In this document: one piece after another, positions 46,288 to 56,272 of the stretch
Position numbering within the stretch: position 1 is the stretch's first letter
Layout of the letters: each line of letters opens with the position of its first letter
Assembly: GCA_045655185.1 (NCBI GenBank)
Contig: JAZOOS010000012.1
Coordinates: forward strand, 17,700-81,699
Direction of reading: 5' to 3'
DNA: 64,000 bases
Source: Eubacteriales bacterium
GTDB taxonomy: Bacteria; Bacillota; Clostridia; Oscillospirales; CAG-272
Position numbers and translations under genes: made by a program
Notes under the pieces: model-generated
The model's input: the letters and a program-made list of their open reading frames with translations, nothing else
Database searches by the model: none
Told to the model about the DNA's origin: nothing

Positions 46288-47058
46288 TTATTTTCGTTTG
46301 ATCAACAGCTCGCCGGGCGAGGCTATGGGGTAGCTGCCCCCTCTTTTTGGGGCGATCACGAGACGCGCGTTGTCGTCGATCCCGATGACGGTTCCCTTTT
46401 CCTTCTTTTCGCCTCGCAGAAAGCGCACGCGCTTCCCACGCAGGATCGAATGCTCGCGGTATTCGTCAAGGAAGGAGCGCTCCAACGCCATTTCCTCATA
46501 CAGCGAGAAAAATTCGGTCAAGAGCGTATCGGCCATACGCTCGGTCAGCGAGCGGCGAACCGGCGCAAAAACGTTTTCTACGATCTTCGGGAGCGATTCG
46601 GAAAAATGGCGGCGGTTGATCCGCAGGGAAAAATCAACGATTGCGTAATGAAAGCTTCCGTTTTCGCGTAAGGAACAGACCGTTTCTACCGTTCCGATGG
46701 TCTCCTTTTGATAAACGACGTCAGAGGGCCAACGAACCGAAGCCTCAACGCCCGAATAATGGCGAACCGTTTTTCGTAGGGCAAGGGCCCCGATCACCGA
46801 AAGCAACAGCTTTTGAGAAGCGGAAAAGGCGGGGTGGATCAGAATTCCCATATGCAGGGAACGGTCGTTTTTTGCTTTTCGCTTTGGGGACGGAAGAGGG
46901 GAAACATTTACCTCGTCGGCCAAGAGGATATATCCGTCGGCCCCGCCCCGGTTGGCGATTGATTTGAGAAGGGCAGCAGTGGAATCGGTCTTTCCGATAT
47001 GCTCAATGGTCAAAAGACGGCCACGCGGCGAACGCGCGGTGGTGATCTTCGATTCCAT
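46288..47058 (-). CDS. Biotin-protein-ligase-like protein lacking the canonical catalytic motifs
   Basis: 256 aa; BPL-like layout (TDST..., RWPSDVV, C-terminal SH3-like GKRVRFL...GTVIGIDDNARLVI), but I could find no GRGRxGRxW motif. Confidence 0.6.
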   Translation of the reverse strand: MESKITTARSPRGRLLTIEHIGKTDSTAALLKSIANRGGADGYILLADEVNVSPLPSPKRKAKNDRSLHMGILIHPAFSASQKLLLSVIGALALRKTVRHYSGVEASVRWPSDVVYQKETIGTVETVCSLRENGSFHYAIVDFSLRINRRHFSESLPKIVENVFAPVRRSLTERMADTLLTEFFSLYEEMALERSFLDEYREHSILRGKRVRFLRGEKKEKGTVIGIDDNARLVIAPKRGGSYPIASPGELLIKRK

Positions 47059-47077
47059 AGGCGACCTCCTTTAACGA

Positions 47078-48517
47078 TTAATAAGCTTTACCCCAGTATA
47101 CCAAGGATTTGGCGGGCTTTCCGCAGCAGATGCAACGCTCGGAAATTCTTTCCTCTACCAGCGGGATGCAACGCGAACCGATCCCCGTCAGCTCCTTTAC
47201 GCGGTCTTCACATTCCTCGTCGCCGCACCACATGCCGCGCACGAAGCCGTCGCCATTTTCAAGCGCCTTTTCAATATCCTCGATGGTTTGGCAATCGTAG
47301 GTGCGCTTTTTGCGGTTTTCAAGCGCTTTTTTGAACATACCGTCGCGCGCCTCTTGCATTTTCGCAAGAACCGATTCGGCAAGACCTTCAAGCGAGGTAA
47401 AGGCCTTTTCGCGGTTGTAGCGGGTTACGATCACGCACTGTCCCGCTTCGATATCGCGCGGCCCGACCTCAAGGCGAAGCGGCACGCCCTTCATTTCGTA
47501 TTCGGCAAACTTCCAGCCGGGCGTCTGATCGCTGTCGTCTACCTTGCAGCGGATTCCGGCGGCACTAAGCTCGGCGCGGATCTTTTCCGCAGCCTCCAAC
47601 ACGCCGGGCTTATGCTGCGCGATCGGGATGATAACGACCTGAATGGGCGCGATGGCGGGGGGAAGCACGAGACCGTTATCGTCGCCGTGCGTCATAATGA
47701 TACCGCCGATCATACGCGTGGTGCAGCCCCATGAGGTTTGGTGGGGATTCTTTACGGTGTTTTCCTTGGTGGTGTAGGTAATATCAAAGGCCTTGGCAAA
47801 GCCGTCCCCGAAGTAGTGCGAGGTGGCTGCCTGCAGGCACTTTCCGTCGTGCATCAGGGCCTCGATCGCATAGGTATCCTCGGCACCCGCGAATTTATCG
47901 CTCGGGGTCTTGCAGCCCTTTACGACCGGGATCGCGAGATCGTTTTCGTGAAAATCCGCGTATACGTTCAGCATACGTACCGTCTCTTCTCTCGCTTCCT
48001 CGGCGGTAGCGTGCATGGTGTGCCCCTCTTGCCAGAGAAATTCGCGACTGCGAAGGAAGGGGCGGGTGGTCTTTTCCCAACGCACGACGTTGCACCACTG
48101 GTTATACAGCTTCGGCAGGTCGCGGTAGGAGCGGATGATATTGGCATAATGCTCGCAGAAAAGCGTTTCGGAGGTCGGGCGGACGCAGAGCCGCTCGGTC
48201 AGCTTTTCGCTGCCCCCCATCGTGACCCATGCTACCTCGGGCGCAAAGCCCTCAACGTGCTCTTTTTCCTTTTGCAGAAGCGATTCGGGAATGAAAAGCG
48301 GCATATATACGTTTTCGTGCCCCAGCTCCTTGAAGCGGGTATCTAAGATGCGCTGGATGTTCTCCCAGATCGCGTAGCCGTAAGGGCGGATGATCATGCA
48401 GCCCTTAACGCTGGAATAATCGATAAGATCGGCCTTTTTGCAAATGTCGGTGTACCATTTCGCAAAGTCCTCGTCCATTGCGGTGATCTGGTCTACCATC
48501 TTCTCGGTGTTTGCCAT
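47078..48517 (-). CDS. proS: Prolyl-tRNA synthetase, archaeal/eukaryote-like type
   Basis: 479 aa; N-terminal [17 protein letters not shown]; C-terminal Zn-binding end ...[18 protein letters not shown]. Confidence 0.93.
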   Translation of the reverse strand: MANTEKMVDQITAMDEDFAKWYTDICKKADLIDYSSVKGCMIIRPYGYAIWENIQRILDTRFKELGHENVYMPLFIPESLLQKEKEHVEGFAPEVAWVTMGGSEKLTERLCVRPTSETLFCEHYANIIRSYRDLPKLYNQWCNVVRWEKTTRPFLRSREFLWQEGHTMHATAEEAREETVRMLNVYADFHENDLAIPVVKGCKTPSDKFAGAEDTYAIEALMHDGKCLQAATSHYFGDGFAKAFDITYTTKENTVKNPHQTSWGCTTRMIGGIIMTHGDDNGLVLPPAIAPIQVVIIPIAQHKPGVLEAAEKIRAELSAAGIRCKVDDSDQTPGWKFAEYEMKGVPLRLEVGPRDIEAGQCVIVTRYNREKAFTSLEGLAESVLAKMQEARDGMFKKALENRKKRTYDCQTIEDIEKALENGDGFVRGMWCGDEECEDRVKELTGIGSRCIPLVEERISERCICCGKPAKSLVYWGKAY

Positions 48518-48557
48518 AGTAATCTCCTAAAAAATGATAATAAAATATACAAAAAAC

Positions 48558-48587
48558 ATTATAGCGCAAAGGGGCGGCGTTTGTCAA
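48558..48587 (-). promoter_or_regulatory. proS promoter
   Basis: On the minus strand: TTGACA, 18-nt spacer, TATAAT; short leader. Confidence 0.65.
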
Positions 48588-48707
48588 GCGAGATGAAGCA
48601 TTTATTTCTTGAAGGCGTAAAATGCCGTTTTTGAAACTTTTTGACTTTGAAAATTCAAAAGCAAAACAAACTTTTTTAAAAAAAATTAATTTTTTTGCCA
48701 AAAACAC

Positions 48708-48736
48708 TTGCAAAACGAAAGAAGATGGAGTAAAAT
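48708..48736 (+). promoter_or_regulatory. Aminotransferase gene promoter
   Basis: TTGCAA, 17-nt spacer, TAAAAT. Confidence 0.55.
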
Positions 48737-48801
48737 ATAAATGTTATGCTTGCAAGATAAATGCAAGTTGGCAACACAAAACTTTCAAAAAAGGTGCAAT
48801 T

Positions 48802-50076
48802 ATGAATTATCTTTCTGCCGAGCGTGCGGCGCTTTTACGTGAATACGAGGGGCTTTCCCTTCAATATAAAGGCTTTTGCGCCGAGGGGTTGAATCTCGAC
48901 CTTTCGCGCGGCAAGCCCTCGGGCGAGCAGCTCGACCTTTGCGACGATTTTTTCGGTACGCTTCAAGAGGGCGATTTCTTTGCCGAGGACGGATTTGATT
49001 GCCGTAATTACGGCGTTCCCTTCGGCTTGCCCGAGGCAAAGCGCTTTTTTTCGGCTTATACGGGCGTTCCCGCCGAAAACATCATCGTGGGCGGAAACTC
49101 CAGCCTGAATTTGATGTACGACGCGCTCTGCCGCTGTATGCTTTACGGGACCGCCGATTCAAAGGGGCCTTGGTGCCGTGAGGGAAAGCTGAAATTCCTT
49201 TGCCCCTCTCCGGGGTACGACCGCCACTTTGCGGTTACCGAATCGCTCGGCTTTGAGCTCGTCTACGTTCCCATGACCGAGGAAGGCCCGGATATGGACG
49301 TTGTTGAAGAGCTGGTGAAGGACGGGAGCGTAAAGGGCATCTGGTGCGTGCCGAAGTACTCGAACCCCACGGGTATCACCTATTCGGATGAGGTGGTCCG
49401 CCGCTTGGCTTCGATGAAAACGGCGGCGCCCGATTTCCGTATCTTTTGGGATAACGCTTATGCCATTCACTTTTTCGATCCCCAAAACGACGATACGCTT
49501 TTGGATATATTTGAAGAGGCGAAAAGGTGCGGTAACGAAAACCGCGTTTTCTACTTTACCTCGACCTCGAAGGTCACGCTTCCCGGCGCCGGCATTTCGA
49601 TGATCGCCGCCAGCGAGGAAAACCTTTCTCTTATCAAAAAGGTGATGGCGGTGCAGACCATCGGGCACGACAAATTAAATCAGCTTCGTCACGTGCGCAT
49701 GTTTGAAAAGGAAGGCTCGCTTCTTGAAAAAATGGCTTCGCACGGTGCGGTTATTCGCCGCAAATTCGACCTTATGCTCTCGATCCTTGAAAAAGAGCTT
49801 TCGGATACCTCGGTTGCGAAATTCAGTAAGCCGAAGGGCGGCTACTTTTCCTCGCTTGACGTAATGACGGGATGCGCCGCGCGTGTATATAACCTTTGCT
49901 TGGAGGCGGGCGTACAGCTGACCAAGGTTGGCGCTACCTTCCCCTACGGGCGCGACCCCGAGGACAAAAACCTTCGCTTGGCGCCGACCTTTGCTTCGGA
50001 TGCCGCGCTTGAAAAAGCAACCAAGGTTCTTTGTGTCGCGATAAAGATGGCGGCGATCGAAAAGCTTTTGGGATAA
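48802..50076 (+). CDS. PLP-dependent aminotransferase (class I/II fold)
   Basis: Start MNYLSAERAAL after AAGGTG; the KYSNPTG and FTSTSKV segments are typical of fold-type I aminotransferases. Confidence 0.78.
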   Translation: MNYLSAERAALLREYEGLSLQYKGFCAEGLNLDLSRGKPSGEQLDLCDDFFGTLQEGDFFAEDGFDCRNYGVPFGLPEAKRFFSAYTGVPAENIIVGGNSSLNLMYDALCRCMLYGTADSKGPWCREGKLKFLCPSPGYDRHFAVTESLGFELVYVPMTEEGPDMDVVEELVKDGSVKGIWCVPKYSNPTGITYSDEVVRRLASMKTAAPDFRIFWDNAYAIHFFDPQNDDTLLDIFEEAKRCGNENRVFYFTSTSKVTLPGAGISMIAASEENLSLIKKVMAVQTIGHDKLNQLRHVRMFEKEGSLLEKMASHGAVIRRKFDLMLSILEKELSDTSVAKFSKPKGGYFSSLDVMTGCAARVYNLCLEAGVQLTKVGATFPYGRDPEDKNLRLAPTFASDAALEKATKVLCVAIKMAAIEKLLG

Positions 50077-50089
50077 CCGTTAAAATAGA

Positions 50090-50121
50090 AGAAGGGCGGC
50101 TTTGACCGCCTTTCTTTTTTT
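50090..50121 (+). terminator. Rho-independent terminator
   Basis: aagggcgg / ccgccttt stem followed by a long T-run. Confidence 0.7.
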
Positions 50122-50130
50122 CTTTTTCAC

Positions 50131-50159
50131 TTGAAAAAAGAAAAGAAAAATGGTATACT
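50131..50159 (+). promoter_or_regulatory. ligA promoter
   Basis: TTGAAA, 17-nt spacer, TGgTATACT. Confidence 0.65.
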
Positions 50160-50163
50160 GTAA

Positions 50164-52209
<2,046 letters not shown>

Positions 52210-52242
52210 AGGAAAAAGAAACTTTACAAAATAAGCAAAAAC

Positions 52243-52270
52243 AAAAAGGAACGCATCTGCGTTCCTTTTT
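52243..52270. terminator. Bidirectional terminator
   Basis: aggaacgc / gcgttcct stem with A-run and T-run. Confidence 0.75.
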
Positions 52271-52283
52271 CTTTTGTCGTCTT

Positions 52284-53003
52284 TTATTCCAAAATATTGG
52301 TCGTGATAAAATCAAGCCCCATCTTCTGGCAGAGGGCGCCGTCCTCAGGGCGGTCTACCGTCCATACGTTCACAAGGTGTCCGTGCTCCTTGACCTTCTT
52401 TAAAAATTCGGGGGTCAGTCGGTCGCCGCGGATATCGAGGTCGTAATGGTAGCGGTCAAGAATGGCAAGCACCTCGTCGGTCGCCTCTTGGGTGAGAAAC
52501 TGGATCTTGGCTTGGGGGTATAGCAGGCGGATGGAAGCAAGCGAGACGGCCGAGAAGGAGATAAAGGTCGTATGCTCGATATACCCAAGGTCGTGGATCT
52601 CGCGCAGGTATCTTTCGGTTGCGGGCGGGCCGAAATCCCCCTTGATCTCAAGGATCGCTTCCTTTTCGTACTTCTGGCAGATCTTGATGTAATCGGCAAG
52701 GGTCGGTACGATATAATCGGCACGGCTTTCCTTTCTTTTGGGGCAGGTAAGGCGGATCTTTTGCAGCTCTTCAAGCGTCGTTTCCTCGATCACGAGGTGA
52801 ACGCCCGAAACACGGAAAAGGTCGCTGTCATGACAAACGACGAAGTGACCGTCCTTTGTCATATGCATATCGGTCTCAATGCCGTAATAGCTGCGGTTTC
52901 CCGCCGCTACGAAGGCGGCAGAGGTGTTCTCACATTCAAGACCCGAAAGACCGCGGTGGGCGATCATTTTCGGCTTATCGCCGATAAGCTTAATGGTGTC
53001 CAT
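52284..53003 (-). CDS. Glycerophosphodiester phosphodiesterase
   Basis: 239 aa; GDPD motifs AHRGLSG...ENT and GIETDMHMTKDG. Confidence 0.85.
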   Translation of the reverse strand: MDTIKLIGDKPKMIAHRGLSGLECENTSAAFVAAGNRSYYGIETDMHMTKDGHFVVCHDSDLFRVSGVHLVIEETTLEELQKIRLTCPKRKESRADYIVPTLADYIKICQKYEKEAILEIKGDFGPPATERYLREIHDLGYIEHTTFISFSAVSLASIRLLYPQAKIQFLTQEATDEVLAILDRYHYDLDIRGDRLTPEFLKKVKEHGHLVNVWTVDRPEDGALCQKMGLDFITTNILE

Positions 53004-53021
53004 AGGGTTGGTTTCCTTTCT

Positions 53022-53768
53022 TTAATCGGGCAGGCGCCCAACGGGGCGAAAGCCGTCGATGTTTCCTTCGGTAAGCGCGTGAAAGATGCGGTGGCGAAGC
53101 CCCGGATTTTTCTTTTCAAGATCCCGAAGTAAAAGCTTCATGTTTTCCCGTTCGGTGGCTTTATCCTCGGGGCAGAGATTTTTGGTGATCGGCAGATCGG
53201 TGTGGCTTGCGAAATATTCAATATCCTTTTCCTTCGCGTAAACGAGGGGGCGGATCAAGGTAATATCGCGGTTGGATAGATAGGTAACCGGGGAAAAGCA
53301 GCCAAGCCGCCCCTCGAAAAAGAGGTTCAGCATAAAGGTTTCGACCGTATCGTCGAAATGGTGCCCAAGGGCCACCGCCGTACAGCCCATTTCCTTGGCG
53401 GCGCCGTGCAGAACGCCGCGGCGCATGCGGGCGCATAGCGAGCAAGGGTTGCTTTCCTTGCGTACGTTGAAGATGATATCGGCAATATCGGTCTTAACGG
53501 CGCGGTATTCGATCGAAAGCTCTTGGCAGAAGGCCTCGATCGCGGAAAAATCGTTGCCTGGGAAGCCCATGTCCACCGTGATCGCGCATAGAGAAAAGGG
53601 GATGGGGTAAAAGCGCGAAAACTCGGAAAGGGCGGCAAGCAAGGTAAGCGAATCCTTACCGCCCGATACCCCCACGGCGATCCTTTCGTTTTCGCGGATC
53701 ATGCCGTAGTCGTCTACGGCGCGGCGCATATAGCTTAAAATTCTTTGAATGGCGGGAAATGCTTTCAT
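53022..53768 (-). CDS. ttcA: PP-loop ATPase, tRNA 2-thiocytidine synthetase TtcA-like
   Basis: Start MKAFPAIQRIL; PP-loop GVSGGKDS; CSLCARMRRG motif. Confidence 0.8.
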   Translation of the reverse strand: MKAFPAIQRILSYMRRAVDDYGMIRENERIAVGVSGGKDSLTLLAALSEFSRFYPIPFSLCAITVDMGFPGNDFSAIEAFCQELSIEYRAVKTDIADIIFNVRKESNPCSLCARMRRGVLHGAAKEMGCTAVALGHHFDDTVETFMLNLFFEGRLGCFSPVTYLSNRDITLIRPLVYAKEKDIEYFASHTDLPITKNLCPEDKATERENMKLLLRDLEKKNPGLRHRIFHALTEGNIDGFRPVGRLPD

Positions 53769-53828
53769 CGTACCTGATTTTCCTTTATGGCATACAATGT
53801 AAAGAGACTGTTTTGTAAGGAGAGAGCT

Positions 53829-54392
53829 ATGGCGATCCGAATCTATATCGATCAAGGGCATAACCCCCAAAATCCCAACGCAGGGGCAGAAGGGAACGGA
53901 AGGCGCGAGCAGGATATCGTTTACCGCATCGGGCAAGAGCTGTACGCCCTGCTTTCGGCCGACCCGAATTTCGAGGCGCGGCTTTCGCGCCCCACCCCCG
54001 AAACGGCTCTCGGGGTATCGACGGCCGACAGCTTGCGCCTTCGCGTTGCGGGGGCAGAGGCCTTTGGGGCTGATCTTTTTTTAAGTCTGCACACGAACGC
54101 TTCCTCGTTACCCGCGGCAACCGGAAGCGAGGCTCTCGTCTATTCCGTGACAACGCCCGCTTACCGCATCGGGGAAGTGGTGCTGGATGCGATGTGCGAT
54201 GCAACAGGGCTTGATAACCGCGGGGTAAAGGTGCGCCCGGGGCTTTACGTATTACGGCGAACGAGTATGCCCGCCGTGATGCTGGAGCTTGGGTTTATCA
54301 CCAACGCGGGGGATGCCGCCCTGATGGCCGATTCCCCGCGGCTTTTCGCGCGCGGGATCTATAACGGCCTTAGGCGTTATTACGGCGTATAA
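53829..54392 (+). CDS. N-acetylmuramoyl-L-alanine amidase (Amidase_3 family)
   Basis: Start MAIRIYIDQGHN after AAGGAGAG; LSLHTNA and GSEALVYS segments; no signal peptide seen. Confidence 0.78.
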   Translation: MAIRIYIDQGHNPQNPNAGAEGNGRREQDIVYRIGQELYALLSADPNFEARLSRPTPETALGVSTADSLRLRVAGAEAFGADLFLSLHTNASSLPAATGSEALVYSVTTPAYRIGEVVLDAMCDATGLDNRGVKVRPGLYVLRRTSMPAVMLELGFITNAGDAALMADSPRLFARGIYNGLRRYYGV

Positions 54393-54393
54393 C

Positions 54394-54432
54394 GAAAAAA
54401 GACGGAGGGCGGGCACCGCCCTCCCTTTTTTT
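54394..54432. terminator. Bidirectional terminator
   Basis: ggagggcgg / ccgccctcc stem with A-run and T-run. Confidence 0.8.
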
Positions 54433-55099
54433 ATTCAAGGTCTAATCGGTCGCAGGAAAGAAATTCTTGCGCCGCCGCCACACTGTCGGTCTCAAAAAGG
54501 TGAGAGGCGCCGCAGCTTTGGCAGAAAACGCGCACGCCCCGTTCGGTCATTTCCATACCGTATTCACCGCTGTGGCAGGGACAGTGGATGGCCCCGTCGG
54601 CCTCCAACTCCTTCACCATAAAGCGGATGATATCGTAGATCTGGGCGTCTGGCAAAACGTCGGGGGTAACCGTTTCATCCCCAAAATCCTTCCCGTCCTC
54701 GTTCTCGGTGGGGAAGCGAACCGAAAGCTCGTTAAAAAGCTTTTCAAGCTCCTCGGTGCATTTTTGCGCGGTGGCGTCCACCTTTTCCTCGTCCTGCCCG
54801 AAAAAGGCGATATTGATCGAGGTGTAGGGGCAGGCATATACGAAAAGATCCTTGGTAAAGAAAAGCGACTTCGAGATGGTAAATTGGTGGTTCTTTTCGC
54901 AGAAAAGACAGGGAACGGTGATGCGGATCTTATCGTCGTTTGTGGCAACGGCGCTCATCTCGCCCCCTCTTCCGCAGCTGCAACGCATGCGAAGCATACG
55001 GTTTTTGGAAAGGGCAAAGGTGCCCGCGATCCCCTTGGTGGCCGAAGCGCACTTGGGGCAGCGGAAGGCGATATGGGTCAGCTTTTGGTTTAAGATCAT
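54431..55099 (-). CDS. Cys-rich hypothetical protein with zinc-ribbon-like modules at both ends
   Basis: 222 aa; CPKC...CSC...CLFC at the N-terminus, acidic linker, CPCH...CQSC at the C-terminus. Confidence 0.55.
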   Translation of the reverse strand: MILNQKLTHIAFRCPKCASATKGIAGTFALSKNRMLRMRCSCGRGGEMSAVATNDDKIRITVPCLFCEKNHQFTISKSLFFTKDLFVYACPYTSINIAFFGQDEEKVDATAQKCTEELEKLFNELSVRFPTENEDGKDFGDETVTPDVLPDAQIYDIIRFMVKELEADGAIHCPCHSGEYGMEMTERGVRVFCQSCGASHLFETDSVAAAQEFLSCDRLDLE

Positions 55100-55108
55100 A
55101 AAAATACC

Positions 55109-55687
55109 TCAGGATTTTGATGTAAGAGGGAGAACGCCATTTTCGGTGATAAGAGAAGATACCGAAAAATCAAAGGTACCGTGTGGGAGGCTTTCGCTTA
55201 TAAAATCGGCGTAAACGACCCCAAGCGCCGTTCCCTCAAACCGTGACAGAAAGCGGTCGTAATAGCCCCTTCCGTAGCCAAGGCGATACCCAAATCGGTC
55301 AAAGGAAAGACCGGGTACCAAGCAAAGCGTGGCGGGGGCAAAGGAAAAGACGGGCGCATCGGACGGCGGCTCTAAAATGCCGTATTTCCCGGGAGAAAGC
55401 TCTGAAAACGAAGTAATAAGGTGAAAGGACATTTCCCCTTCGCCGTAGCAACGCGGAAAGGCAAGCCGCTTCCCCTTTGCAAGGGCGGCTTCGCAGACGG
55501 GGAGAATATCGACCTCCTCGCCCTTGGGCGCGTAGGCTAAAAGGGTAGAGGCGTAACGAAAGGCGGCGGATTGCAAAACGCGGGTCGCGATCGCCTCGTC
55601 AAGCATTCTTTTTTCTTCTTTTGGAAGAGCCCTTCTTTTTTCTTTGAAATACGCCCGCAGACGGTATTTTTCGGCTTTGATATTCAT
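55109..55687 (-). CDS. 5-formyltetrahydrofolate cyclo-ligase
   Basis: 192 aa; GYRLGYGRGYYDRFL motif. Confidence 0.85.
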   Translation of the reverse strand: MNIKAEKYRLRAYFKEKRRALPKEEKRMLDEAIATRVLQSAAFRYASTLLAYAPKGEEVDILPVCEAALAKGKRLAFPRCYGEGEMSFHLITSFSELSPGKYGILEPPSDAPVFSFAPATLCLVPGLSFDRFGYRLGYGRGYYDRFLSRFEGTALGVVYADFISESLPHGTFDFSVSSLITENGVLPLTSKS

Positions 55688-55696
55688 AAGACCTTT

Positions 55697-56260
55697 TTAC
55701 AGCTCGGCAAAGCGCTCGCATCCGAGAAAGGCTGCGTGGCTGACCTCTTTCGCGACCTCCTCGCCCTTCATAAGCGAGAGAAGGCGTACGGCAAAGGCCG
55801 AGGCCGCCCCCATACCGATCGCGGTGGTGATATTCCCATCGGTCACGACGGGATCCTTTGTAACGGTCGCGCCGAGAAGCTGGGAAACGAAGCGCTCGTT
55901 CGGGTAGCAGGTAGCCGTTTTCCCTTTTAAAAGACCTCTTTTTCCAAGGACGTACGGGGCAGCGCAGATCGCGGCAAGATGCCCGCCGTCCTCAAGCGTT
56001 TTTTCAATGAAGCGGGAAACGAAGGGCGAGGCGTCCAGATGATCGGCCCCCGGGATCCCACCCGGCAGAATAAGCAGCTCGATGGGCCCCGTTACCTCTT
56101 CGGGGGTAATATCGGCCGTGATCTCGATGCCGTGGGCACCGACCACCTGCTTTCCCGTGATTCCCACGGTCTTTATTTCGCAACCGCCGCGGCGAAGCAC
56201 GTCAAGCGGGGTAAGCGCCTCGATCTCCTCACACCCGTCGGCTAAAAGCAAATAGATCAT
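55697..56260 (-). CDS. DJ-1/PfpI family protein
   Basis: 187 aa; nucleophile-elbow context AAICAAP. Confidence 0.85.
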   Translation of the reverse strand: MIYLLLADGCEEIEALTPLDVLRRGGCEIKTVGITGKQVVGAHGIEITADITPEEVTGPIELLILPGGIPGADHLDASPFVSRFIEKTLEDGGHLAAICAAPYVLGKRGLLKGKTATCYPNERFVSQLLGATVTKDPVVTDGNITTAIGMGAASAFAVRLLSLMKGEEVAKEVSHAAFLGCERFAEL

Positions 56261-56272
56261 AATAATACTCCT

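Noticed and set aside
48518-48801. Possible T-box or other riboswitch in the 284-bp proS/aminotransferase divergent region.
   Set aside because: The region is accounted for by two divergent consensus promoters with short leaders. No T-box core or conserved riboswitch-like helices are visible.
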